The notes: generated from the sequence alone by a model not told the origin. Positions 46,213 through 55,062 are shown, counted from the first letter of the stretch. The stretch: 55,062 nucleotides of DNA from Cyclobacteriaceae bacterium (GCA_040882305.1 JBBEBN010000386.1:1-55062); one strand, 5' to 3'. Numbers and translations: made by a program.

Positions 46213-47870
46213 TGAAAGAGATCGTTAGGATAAGTCTTGAGAACGAAATGGATCTCATTCTTGCAAACAAGCGCACGATGAAGCTTGCCGAGCTCTGCAG
46301 CCTTTCTCTGACGGTTCAAACCGCACTTGGAACAGCAGTCTCTGAGATCGCTCGATGCGCGCTTTCCATGGGCAGGAATGCTTTGTTCAAACTTGGGATT
46401 GTCATTTTGTCTCCCAACAGAAAACAGATCTATGCCGCTGTTTGCAATGCCAACCCAGCCTGTGCAAATACCGAAGCTATTAGTTTTGCAAGGAAACTGA
46501 TAGCCGAAATAAAGATCACTAAAAACGATTCTTCATGCGACGTTCAGTTAAACCAGGACCTGAAATTCAGCGGGTTGATCACGGCTGCAAAGATCAATTC
46601 GTTTATTGAATACTTTAAAATGGAACTCCCACTCTCTCCCTACGATGAAATAAAAGGAAAAAACATACAGCTGCTTGAATTTTCGAATAAGCTGAAAGAA
46701 AGCGAAAATCAGTATCGCGATCTTGTAGATACATTGCCCTTAATGATGTTCTTAATTACCGCGGAAGGTGAAATCCTTTACACCAATCAATGGGTTAAGG
46801 ATTATTTTGGGACTTCCCTGACAAGCCAGTCCGCGTTCTCCTGGCGGGAGTTTGTCCACCCTGACGATTATGTTGCTTTAAACAGAGATTGGGACAATAT
46901 TTTTAAATCCAGAAATTCATTTCGCACGCAGGGACGACTCAAGAACAAAGCAAGTGGCGCGTATCTTTGGCACCTTATTTCGATCATTCCTGTAAAGAAT
47001 GAAAATAACGCCATTACCCGGTGGACAGGTTTTTTTGTGGATGTCAATGCGCAAAAACTTATTGAAGAGACATTAAAGGGTAACGTTGAATTAAAAGAAG
47101 CTCAGAAGAAACTGGTTGGCTTTCAAAAGCTACTGGAGGAGAAAATAAGCGCTTTGAACGTCAGTAATCGGGAATTGGAACAGTTTGCCTATATCGCCAG
47201 CCATGACCTCCAGGAGCCATTGAGAAAAATAATAACCTTTTCATCTTTATTGGAAGACAAACTGAAGGACCTCGACGCGGATTCACGTGTCTATTTCAAA
47301 AAGATCGTTTCCTCATCCAACCGGATGACGGAACTTATTAATGACGTGCTGGATTGGTCGAAGATCGCCGGAACTAAAGAAGAATTTTTACTGGTGGATC
47401 TTAATTGTATTATTCAAAATATTGAATCCGATTTCGAACTATTAATTCAGCAGAAGCACGCCGTAATCCAAATTCCACACTTATTGCCTGTGGTTAATGG
47501 CATTAGTTTGCAGATGACACAACTTTTTTCAAATCTTCTCAGCAACGCACTGAAATTCTGCAACACTGCCCCTCTGATAGAGGTATCTGCGAGAAGTCTT
47601 TCCCGGGAAGACATTGTGCACCATCAAAACTTGAATCAATCTTTAGCATATACGGAAATAGTTGTATCCGATAACGGAATAGGCTTCGAGCAAGTATATG
47701 CAGAAGAAATATTTAAGATTTTTCAAAGATTGAACGGACGCAGTGAATACAAAGGAACCGGCATCGGCCTTGCGATATGTAAAAAGATCGTGGAAAACCA
47801 CGGTGGCTTGATTTCCGCTGCAGGAACCCCTGGTAAAGGGGCACGGTTTACAATTATTTTTCCCAACTAA
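46212..47870 (+). CDS. Sensor histidine kinase (RsbT-like N-terminus + PAS + HisKA + HATPase_c)
   Basis: TAVSEIAR N-terminal domain, VHPDD PAS motif, FAYIASHDLQEPLRKI, NLLSNALKF, DNGIGF, GTGIGLAICKKIVENHGG. Confidence 0.93.
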   Translation: MKEIVRISLENEMDLILANKRTMKLAELCSLSLTVQTALGTAVSEIARCALSMGRNALFKLGIVILSPNRKQIYAAVCNANPACANTEAISFARKLIAEIKITKNDSSCDVQLNQDLKFSGLITAAKINSFIEYFKMELPLSPYDEIKGKNIQLLEFSNKLKESENQYRDLVDTLPLMMFLITAEGEILYTNQWVKDYFGTSLTSQSAFSWREFVHPDDYVALNRDWDNIFKSRNSFRTQGRLKNKASGAYLWHLISIIPVKNENNAITRWTGFFVDVNAQKLIEETLKGNVELKEAQKKLVGFQKLLEEKISALNVSNRELEQFAYIASHDLQEPLRKIITFSSLLEDKLKDLDADSRVYFKKIVSSSNRMTELINDVLDWSKIAGTKEEFLLVDLNCIIQNIESDFELLIQQKHAVIQIPHLLPVVNGISLQMTQLFSNLLSNALKFCNTAPLIEVSARSLSREDIVHHQNLNQSLAYTEIVVSDNGIGFEQVYAEEIFKIFQRLNGRSEYKGTGIGLAICKKIVENHGGLISAAGTPGKGARFTIIFPN

Positions 47871-47875
47871 CCAAC

Positions 47876-47995
47876 TTACCCGCCGCTGGGCAACATATTT
47901 CTGATAGCGCTGATCTTCCATCTTCCACTATTTGAAACTACGATAAACGTGCTCCACATTTTCCGGATGGTGCCGTCTGCATATTGTATTTCATA
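47876..47995 (-). pseudogene. 3' remnant of a diverged copy of the NTF2/DUF4440 gene at 42043-42498
   Basis: YEIQYADGTIRKMWSTFIVVSNSGRWKISAIRNMLPSGG* versus YEIQNADGSIRRMWSTFIVVSSKGKWKISAIRNMLPTRQ*; homology stops abruptly at 47995. Confidence 0.88.
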
Positions 47996-48137
47996 CCATT
48001 CCCTTATCGCCTTTCGACATTATGCATCCGGCGCATGAAGCATTTCGAAAGCATTCACCGTGATTCACAATCGTGGACTGAAAATGTACTTACAAAGCCA
48101 TTCAGTTTGTATATTAGCATACAATTTACAAGCAGAA

Positions 48138-49877
48138 ATGGCGATCAGGACAAAGCTTCTTATTGCATTCGGAATAATGATCGGATGTTCCGCATCTTTG
48201 GCGCAAAGCCGGCAACAGGCTTTCGAAATGAACGAACGGCTGGGGCGTGGAATAAACATGGGCAATAGCTTTGAAGCTCCGACTGAGGCCGGGTGGGGAA
48301 ATCAGTGGAAGCCTTCATATTTTAAGATGATATCGGAACTTGGATTCAACCATGTGCGTGTTCCCATCCGATGGGAAACAACCGAACGCAGCATGGAATC
48401 GTCGCCCTACACGATCAGCCCGGCATTTTTAGACCGCATCCAGGAGGTCGTCGATAGTGCACTTCGGTATAAACTGCACATCATTATTAATATGCATCAT
48501 CACGATGCCCTGTTTGAAGACCCGGCGGCACAAAAGGAAAGATTTTTGTCGCAATGGTATCAGATCGCTGATCATTTCAAGGAATATCCCGACAGCCTGT
48601 TATTCGAAGTATTAAATGAACCACACGGTAATCTAATCGCGCCGATGTGGAACGGCTACTTCGCTGATGCGCTTGCTGAAATCCGCAAAACAAATCCGAC
48701 GCGCATCGTTTTATTTGGTGTAGCTGAATATGGAGGTCTTGGCGGCCTTTCGAAACTTGAGCTTCCTGATGACGATCACATCATTCTTACCGTTCACTAC
48801 TACAATCCGTTTTCTTTTACCCATCAGGGCGCGGAATGGGTTAGCGGATCAAATGTATGGCTGGGCACCGAATGGCTGGATACAGAAGGAGACCGGGAAT
48901 CGGTAGCAAGTGAATTCAGCTATGCCTTACAATTTTCCCAAACCTACGACATACCTATCCACGTCGGCGAATTTGGCGCCTACAGCAAAGCGGATATAGA
49001 GTCCCGAGAGCGATGGACGACGTTCGTGGCGCGTTGGTTCGAAGATAATGGTATGAGTTGGGCGTACTGGGAATTCAGCGCCGGTTTTGGAATTTACAAT
49101 CCAGGCACACAAGAGTATGTTACCGGACTGGTTGACGCGTTGCTGCACAACGAAATACCCGAAGCAACCCCGGTCTTCAGCAAGCCGGTGTATACAAGTA
49201 ATTTTACAAGCAGTACCGATGGTTGGTCGCTCAATCTGCAAGGTGGCGCCTCCGGTAGTGTTTCCACCACGGCGGGTAAACTGATTGTTTCGATCTCAAC
49301 CGGTGGCACGGAAGCGTGGCATTTTCAATTGGTTAAAAACAATATAAGCCTTGAAGAAGGCAAGCTTTACCGTATTTCATTCTCAGCTGAGGCAAGCGCA
49401 GACCGAAGCATCACCTTTTATGCAGGTAGGGCGAGTTCACCCTGGAATGCTTACAGTGGTTACAACGGTGTTGGTATCACTACCCAGCAGATCGCCTACA
49501 CTTTTACCTTTACCATGACCAGCGAGACGGATCCGGCGGCGCGTCTGGTATTTGACATTGGCACAAGTACAGGAGCAGTGAATATATCCAGCGTCAAAGT
49601 TGAGGAACTCGCTTTTGCAGTTACATCCGTGAGTTGGAACCGTGAAACACAAAGGACATATGTCTACCCCAACCCCGTATCCCTGTGGTTGCGGATCAGG
49701 GAAGGTGGCGATTATCATACAGCCGACCTCACCGACCTGAGCGGAAGGCTGCTGACTACCTATGAAATTGCCGAAGGTAATGTGAATCTTGATGTCAGTC
49801 ACATTTTGCCTGGGATGTATATATTGTCGTTGCGAGGAGACGGAAGAATTGAAAGGATACGGGTAGCAAAAGAGTAG
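48138..49877 (+). CDS. GH5 endoglucanase/cellulase with CBM4/9-like module and T9SS type A CTD
   Basis: LGRGINMGNSFEAP, VRVPIRW, INMHH, FEVLNEP (acid/base), HYYNPF, HVGEFG (nucleophile), WAYWEF; CBM4-like EAWHFQL; CTD VYPNPV. Start taken as ATG 48138. Confidence 0.92.
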   Translation: MAIRTKLLIAFGIMIGCSASLAQSRQQAFEMNERLGRGINMGNSFEAPTEAGWGNQWKPSYFKMISELGFNHVRVPIRWETTERSMESSPYTISPAFLDRIQEVVDSALRYKLHIIINMHHHDALFEDPAAQKERFLSQWYQIADHFKEYPDSLLFEVLNEPHGNLIAPMWNGYFADALAEIRKTNPTRIVLFGVAEYGGLGGLSKLELPDDDHIILTVHYYNPFSFTHQGAEWVSGSNVWLGTEWLDTEGDRESVASEFSYALQFSQTYDIPIHVGEFGAYSKADIESRERWTTFVARWFEDNGMSWAYWEFSAGFGIYNPGTQEYVTGLVDALLHNEIPEATPVFSKPVYTSNFTSSTDGWSLNLQGGASGSVSTTAGKLIVSISTGGTEAWHFQLVKNNISLEEGKLYRISFSAEASADRSITFYAGRASSPWNAYSGYNGVGITTQQIAYTFTFTMTSETDPAARLVFDIGTSTGAVNISSVKVEELAFAVTSVSWNRETQRTYVYPNPVSLWLRIREGGDYHTADLTDLSGRLLTTYEIAEGNVNLDVSHILPGMYILSLRGDGRIERIRVAKE

Positions 49878-49899
49878 GCGCTTTATCCGATTGCAAGAA

Positions 49900-50046
49900 C
49901 TACTTCCCGTACAGGTCAAACGAATACACGTAGTAGTTAGGATCTACCGTGATGTCCGCCGTTCGCGTATTGAGTTCCAGGATCTGAAATTCTGTTGTCG
50001 GTTTGATCCTGGATTTCTTTCCATTAATGTATATGTCCACCGGCAT
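49900..50046 (-). pseudogene. Orphan 3' gene fragment resembling the C-terminus of a Bacteroidota M1 aminopeptidase
   Basis: MPVDIYINGKKSRIKPTTEFQILELNTRTADITVDPNYYVYSFDLYGK*, with an in-frame stop five codons upstream. MPV...PTT...VDPNxYV is recalled from M1 peptidase C-termini. Confidence 0.55.
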
Positions 50047-50258
50047 GGAAGAGGGAGGGTCTTAGCATCGGACGATTCAGTTTTCAAAGTTCGCAACCAG
50101 GCTAAAGCTACGTCGGCCCATGCACCTTTCAAAATTCGGATTTACGCCGAGGTGGTGGATAACAACATTCTCGACGCAAGCGGACCATGGCGAAGTATTC
50201 CGCCTTTTATTGAAAGCTGCCAATCCATACTTTTGTGGAATTATAAGTAGATTTATGC

Positions 50259-50927
50259 ATGGAACAGATCAAAGTTATCATCACAGGAACTACCGGAATG
50301 GTGGGCGAAGGCGTCTTATTAGAATGTCTTTCGAGTTCGCAGGTTTCCGGTGTACTGAGTGTCAGTCGCAAGCCTCAGGGTATGTCTCATCCGAAATTGA
50401 AGGAATACGTTGTACGGGATTTTCTCGATCTGGATAAAGGCGACAACATGCTCAATGGATATGATGCATGTTTTTTTTGCGCGGGCGTGAGCAGTATAGG
50501 AATGTCGGAAGCAGATTACACGCGCATTACCTATGGTACAACCATCCACTTCGCCAAAATACTGGCAGCACAAAATCCAGGGATGACCTTCGTGTACGTG
50601 AGCGGCGCAGGCACAGACAGTACTGAAAAAGGCCGGTCGATGTGGGCGCGGGTCAAAGGAAGGACGGAAAACGCGTTGTTGAAAATGCGATTCAAAAGAG
50701 CTCATAATTTCCGCCCTGGTTTTATGAAGGCAGTTCCAGGCCAGCGATACACGCTGACGATGTACAAATACATGGCCTGGATGTTCCCTGTTCTGAAGTT
50801 GATGTCCCCTAACAGTGCCAGTACTTTATCGCAGGTTGCGCAGGCAATGATCAAATGTGCCACCACCGACGTCGATAAACCGATCATGGAGGTGAGCGAT
50901 ATCAATCGACTTGCTCCAGCGGATTGA
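50259..50927 (+). CDS. NAD-dependent epimerase/dehydratase-like protein (atypical SDR, YraR/TIP30-like)
   Basis: VIITGTTGMVGEG, YDACFFCAGVSS, YVSGAGTDS, MWARVKGRTEN, FRPG. Confidence 0.88.
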   Translation: MEQIKVIITGTTGMVGEGVLLECLSSSQVSGVLSVSRKPQGMSHPKLKEYVVRDFLDLDKGDNMLNGYDACFFCAGVSSIGMSEADYTRITYGTTIHFAKILAAQNPGMTFVYVSGAGTDSTEKGRSMWARVKGRTENALLKMRFKRAHNFRPGFMKAVPGQRYTLTMYKYMAWMFPVLKLMSPNSASTLSQVAQAMIKCATTDVDKPIMEVSDINRLAPAD

Positions 50928-50979
50928 AAATATGTCCGGTGGCAGATCGTCTCCAACTACTGTCAGGTTCCTTTTGCCG

Positions 50980-51804
50980 TTAGTTGTCATTTTCTGCAGA
51001 CTTTACCCTTTTTCCAAATTCCTCCCAGTCAAATCCTGTCTCGATCCTATTATGCCGCAGCGCGGGAATTTGTGTGGTGATCAACATGGTGGTTCCGTCG
51101 AGGTCTGCGCGGTGATGTTGCGGTATTAGCCGTTTCGTTGCTGTGATCATTTTGAATTTCGCACCATGAAAGAATTCCATGATGGATTTCTTAAGTGTAT
51201 TGATGTTTTCCATCCCGTACATCAACACCACCTGCGGCTTATGTGCCCTGATGTTTGAAAGGACCGTGTGCATGCGAGGTTGATAGACATGTTGTTGGTA
51301 CAGCATCCGACTTTTGAGGAAGCCCAGTTCCGGCAAGTCAAGCCAGCTATAGTACCACGCATGGTTGTGTGGGCTGGGCAAAGGATATAGCCGGATCAAT
51401 GCCTCATGATGCCCTTTTGTTGCCGCAAAAGAATGTTTTTGATATTCAAGAAAATCCGGAGGGTTCTCGTCTTTGTAGCCGTGCACAAACGCAATGAGAT
51501 TTTTCCAGACACCATGCAGACTCGCATTACTACCGAACCGGTATTCATAGCGGTTGGTGAACAAACCTGCTTTGGGGCCATCCCATCTTATGGCGACATC
51601 CCGGTACATCTCGCGGATGTCGCAAAGCGTTCCACCGGTAGTTGTTGTATGTGCGTTGCAAAAATAGTCAACCTTCTCTGCTACTTCTTCAGGTAGGTCA
51701 CCCCCGCCTTCTTCAAAGGCAATGAACCAGAATCTGGCATGCCACGATCCATATCCGTAGAAATTGTCGATCCAGTGGTTGAGGGATTTTTCTTCGATAA
51801 GCAT
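50980..51804 (-). CDS. Conserved hypothetical protein
   Basis: 274 aa ORF with FYGYGSW...WFIAFEEGGG and LYPLPSP motifs; TATCTTTC promoter-like box just upstream. Confidence 0.75.
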   Translation of the reverse strand: MLIEEKSLNHWIDNFYGYGSWHARFWFIAFEEGGGDLPEEVAEKVDYFCNAHTTTTGGTLCDIREMYRDVAIRWDGPKAGLFTNRYEYRFGSNASLHGVWKNLIAFVHGYKDENPPDFLEYQKHSFAATKGHHEALIRLYPLPSPHNHAWYYSWLDLPELGFLKSRMLYQQHVYQPRMHTVLSNIRAHKPQVVLMYGMENINTLKKSIMEFFHGAKFKMITATKRLIPQHHRADLDGTTMLITTQIPALRHNRIETGFDWEEFGKRVKSAENDN

Positions 51805-51963
51805 GGGATGGGAAAGATAGTGAGTGCAAGATTGGAGTTGTTTTGCCTGGCACGAATAAAGGCAAATTTTTACGAAAAGTCAGCTTGATATTATTTGTTT
51901 TTCAGATTATCTTACCTTAAGACATTCTACAATGCGCTCGTCATTCAAATCAAGATAATTAAA

Positions 51964-53682
51964 ATGAACAACACTCAGTTTAAGATTTATTGGCTCTGCC
52001 TGCTGTTTTGTTCTTCTGTTCCATCTTTCGGTCAAAAAGTTACTGAGAAGATCGACAGAGGGGTGGTTGCTCTTACTATCGGGAGACAACAAGTATATGT
52101 GGGATGGCGTCTTTTGCGGGAGGACCCTGCCGGCGTGGTTTACCGGAGAGAGCCAGGTGTTTCGGCTGATTTAAAGAAAATAAATCGCGACCCGGTAACA
52201 ACTTCCACCAATTTTACGGACACCACCGTTCAAAACGGCCATGCATACCGTTACCGGATTAAAGGGTTGATTAATGGCAAGGAAGACGACACCGCCGGGG
52301 AGGCCTATGTTTTTATGAGTCCGGCCAATCAGCCCTGGTATTCACTTTTCCTTAAAGACAAGATCACGGTTAAGAATATTGGCCTCGGTGATCTGGATGG
52401 AGACGGCGCTTATGATTTTGTGTTGCAACACCCTGATTTCAATGCCGATCCATATTTCATGCCGGGATACTGGAAGCGAAGTCCCGAGCAATATAAACTG
52501 GATGCCTATACTTCAAAAGGAAAATTCTTATGGCGGTACGACAGGGGTTGGTCCATCGAATCAGGCACCTGGTATGCTCCTTTCCTGGTATACGATCTCG
52601 ACGGTGACGGACTGGCAGAAGTGTATGCTAAAGCTGGCGAAGAAGACCCGCGCGAACCAGACGGTCGTGTAATGGAGGGCCCCGAATACCTCGTAAAAAT
52701 TGACGGAACTAAAGGGAATGTCGTCCAAAAAAGGGATTGGCTTTCCAGGGAAGGCTATGAATCTTACAATTACTGGAGTCGCAACTTTCTGTCGGTGGCT
52801 TTTCTGGATGGCCAATCCCCTTCACTGATCATGCAGCGCGGGACTTACACCATCATCAAAACAGAAGCTATGGACAAAAACTTAAAGAAAAAGTGGTACT
52901 GGGAAAGTTCGGGCGAGGATCGAAAATACCGGGGGCAAGGCAGCCACGGGATCATAGTTTCGGATATTGACAGTGACGGCAAGGATGAGTTGATTCCGGG
53001 AACTTATGCGTTGAACGATGACGGGAAACCATTATGGCATTTGGGCTTGGGGCACAATGACGTAGGTTATGTGACCGATATTGACCCGTCACGGCCAGGG
53101 CTGGAAATATTCTACGGCATAGAAACCCGTTCAAAGAAAAATGGTGTTTGCCTGGTTGATGCAGCTACCGGAGAATTGATATGGGGTTTTGATAAGCCGA
53201 CCACGCACGTGCATAGCCAGGGCATGGTGGGTGATATTGACCCTCGTTCTCCTGGAATGGAATGTTATGGGGGAGATGCCAAGGGCGGTGGAAATCAGTA
53301 TTTCCTTTACGCCGCCGGGGGTGAAAGGTTATCAGACAAAAATATGGGTTCATTGGCGCCCCGCGCAATTTGGTGGGATGCGGATGAACAAAAGGAGATC
53401 AATATCAACGACAGGATATTCAATTATCCCGATGAAACCGTGCAAACAATTGAGGGAAAAGTCATCTTCGTTGCCGATATAATCGGCGACTGGCGTGAAG
53501 AGATCGTAGCCAGTCTGCCCGGCGAGATCAGGATTTACTCAACCAATATTCTGGCTGACAATAAGAAGATCTGCCTGATGCAGGACCGCCAATACAGAAT
53601 GGGCGTTGCTTCTTATTCATCAGGTTATATGTATCCTGCCCAATTGGGATTGCCGGTCACAAAAGTCGTCGCTGATCGATGA
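51964..53682 (+). CDS. Rhamnogalacturonan lyase PL11 (YesW/YesX)-like beta-propeller protein
   Basis: EKIDRGVVA, YVGWRLL, TSTNFTD, GDLDGDGAYD, LVYDLDGDG, AFLDG, RGTY, GQGSH, DIDSDGKDE, ADIIGDWREE, LMQDRQYR. Start taken as ATG 51964. Confidence 0.85.
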   Translation: MNNTQFKIYWLCLLFCSSVPSFGQKVTEKIDRGVVALTIGRQQVYVGWRLLREDPAGVVYRREPGVSADLKKINRDPVTTSTNFTDTTVQNGHAYRYRIKGLINGKEDDTAGEAYVFMSPANQPWYSLFLKDKITVKNIGLGDLDGDGAYDFVLQHPDFNADPYFMPGYWKRSPEQYKLDAYTSKGKFLWRYDRGWSIESGTWYAPFLVYDLDGDGLAEVYAKAGEEDPREPDGRVMEGPEYLVKIDGTKGNVVQKRDWLSREGYESYNYWSRNFLSVAFLDGQSPSLIMQRGTYTIIKTEAMDKNLKKKWYWESSGEDRKYRGQGSHGIIVSDIDSDGKDELIPGTYALNDDGKPLWHLGLGHNDVGYVTDIDPSRPGLEIFYGIETRSKKNGVCLVDAATGELIWGFDKPTTHVHSQGMVGDIDPRSPGMECYGGDAKGGGNQYFLYAAGGERLSDKNMGSLAPRAIWWDADEQKEININDRIFNYPDETVQTIEGKVIFVADIIGDWREEIVASLPGEIRIYSTNILADNKKICLMQDRQYRMGVASYSSGYMYPAQLGLPVTKVVADR

Positions 53683-53864
53683 GCATCAGACCTGGAAAGA
53701 AGGGTGCTTCCTGCCTACAAAATGAAAATTCATCCCTGGATTTTTATGCTGGCAGGATGTGCAGCCCTTTAATAGCGCTGCTGACGATAAGTTATCAGTC
53801 AGTTAAGTCTGCATTAATGAAAATCCAGTCCCACGTCGCAAATAAGGCTGAAAGAATTAATCAT

Positions 53865-53981
53865 AAACGAGCACAAAAACAAAGCACGACATTTCTCATA
53901 TCGAGCCACGACCTGAATCATGTAACGGAAATCTGCAACCGAATTGTGCTGATGGAGAAGGGGAATGTAATCAATGACATG
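53865..53981 (+). pseudogene. Fragment of an ABC transporter ATP-binding gene (H-loop region only)
   Basis: STTFLISSHDLNHVTEICNRIVLMEKGNVIND inside the otherwise unrecognisable ORF 53679-54062; no Walker A/B. Boundaries approximate. Confidence 0.7.
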
Positions 53982-54058
53982 CGGCCAGCAAGCTTTGGTG
54001 GAGCTAGAGGCCTGTTTTTAATGCCAGTTCTTAATCGTAATGCTACCCCTTCTATTCC

Positions 54059-54895
54059 ATGATCGTCCATCTCATCGACGGTACGTATGAACTCTTCCGG
54101 CACTTCTACGGCCAGCGCAAATACAATAAGGGTAAGGACAAACCATTTGGAGCCGTGATTGGTGTATTACACGGCGTTTTGGAAATGATAGAACAGGGCG
54201 CAACCCAGTTAGGTGTTGCGACAGATCACGTTATCGAATCATTTCGCAACAAGCTCTGGCCCGACTATAAAACAGGATATGGGATCGAGCGGGCTCTCTT
54301 TAAGCAATTTCATCCGTTAGAGGATGCCCTGGCATCCATGGGTGTTGCGGTCTGGCCGATGATTGAGCTGGAAGCCGATGACGCACTGGCCTCTGCAGCG
54401 CACCTGGCTTCTGCCGATCCCCGTGTTCTGAAAGTCTGCATTTGGACGCCGGACAAAGATCTTGCCCAATGCGTGCGCGAAGACCGGGTCGTGCAGATCG
54501 ATCGCAGAGCCAAAGCGATCATAGACGCAAATGCTGTGCGCAAAAAGTTTGGCGTAAATCCCATACTCATCCCGGATTTTCTCGCGCTTGTCGGCGATAG
54601 CGCGGATGGTTATCCAGGCATCCCCGGAATCGGCAAAATTGGCGCAGCTCAACTGTTGAACCAGTACGGGCCAATAGAAACATTCCCGGAGAACGTGCTG
54701 GTGAAACACCGCAAGCAGGCATTGCTGTTTAAACGCCTCGCTACTTTACGAACAGATGCGATACTGTTTAGTGATGTGGATCAACTGCGATGGGGCGGCC
54801 CTACGTCATCGTTCGCCGCGCTCGCTACAAAAATGGGTGAGCCAAAGTTACTGGAGCGGGTTAATGCCGTCGCGGCAAAAGTTACTCAGTCATAA
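54059..54895 (+). CDS. Stand-alone 5'-3' exonuclease / flap endonuclease (PIN + H3TH)
   Basis: HLIDGTYELFR, SFRNKLWPDYKT, EADDALAS, TPDKDLAQ, LALVGDSADGYPGIPGIGKIGA. Confidence 0.92.
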   Translation: MIVHLIDGTYELFRHFYGQRKYNKGKDKPFGAVIGVLHGVLEMIEQGATQLGVATDHVIESFRNKLWPDYKTGYGIERALFKQFHPLEDALASMGVAVWPMIELEADDALASAAHLASADPRVLKVCIWTPDKDLAQCVREDRVVQIDRRAKAIIDANAVRKKFGVNPILIPDFLALVGDSADGYPGIPGIGKIGAAQLLNQYGPIETFPENVLVKHRKQALLFKRLATLRTDAILFSDVDQLRWGGPTSSFAALATKMGEPKLLERVNAVAAKVTQS

Positions 54896-54927
54896 AAAAA
54901 GATGGCCCGATGCCGGGCCATCTTTTT
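54896..54927. terminator. Bidirectional Rho-independent terminator between the convergent exonuclease gene and katG
   Basis: AAAAAGATGGCCCG-atgc-CGGGCCATCTTTTT. Confidence 0.88.
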
Positions 54928-54937
54928 ATTATGAACA

Positions 54938-55062
54938 TTAAGCAACCACAACCTGTTCCTTACGATCCTGTTGAATCTTTATTCGACGTGAGACTAGATC
55001 AAAACGATCAAGGTTCATCACCTTCGTCCAGGCGTCCACAAAGTCATGAACAAACTTCTCCT
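54938..55062 (-). CDS. katG: Catalase-peroxidase, 3' end (gene continues beyond the window)
   Basis: Hand translation [22 protein letters not shown]..., the signature KatG C-terminus. Confidence 0.92.
   Translation of the reverse strand, partial: EKFVHDFVDAWTKVMNLDRFDLVSRRIKIQQDRKEQVVVA

Noticed and set aside
49891-50437. Plus-strand ORFs of 119 and 105 aa and a 62-aa minus ORF
   Set aside because: No recognisable motifs; the region is better explained by the minus-strand peptidase-like remnant and the promoter of the SDR gene.
53679-54062. 127-aa ORF as an intact gene
   Set aside because: Only a stretch of about 35 aa is ABC-like; the rest looks like translated intergenic DNA.

Overview
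Gene-dense chromosomal window from a Bacteroidota organism, probably Cytophagales-like. The evidence is T9SS type A and type B cargo proteins, a PorP/SprF + PorE-like pair and TAnnTTTG-type promoters. From left to right it holds: (1) a minus-strand operon resembling oxidative D-apiose catabolism (OiaC-like TIM barrel, ApnO, ApsD-like dehydrogenase, sugar ABC ATPase); (2) a co-oriented cluster of an HD hydrolase, an Npt/TLC-like transporter-HEAT-cNMP-binding fusion, a large T9SS-secreted S8/S53-like protease with an unusual NSRALV hexapeptide repeat insert, and a TPR-receptor class III adenylate cyclase, which is the best candidate for an undescribed cyclic-nucleotide signalling system; (3) mixed metabolic genes (Tat-signal enolase-superfamily enzymes, Fe-S D-lactate dehydrogenase, Fsr MFS, GH130, radical SAM); (4) a planctomycete-type DUF1592/DUF1552 cytochrome module; (5) a cold-shock gene with a long structured leader; (6) a T9SS type B adhesin locus; (7) a patchwork region (about 41.7-54 kb) with a stressosome (rsbRST-X plus PAS kinase), GH5-CBM4/9, a PL11-like lyase and a flap endonuclease, interleaved with several orphan 3' gene fragments; (8) the 3' end of katG. 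I saw no rRNA, tRNA, CRISPR array or transposase. All family calls come from motif recognition by eye, not database searches.
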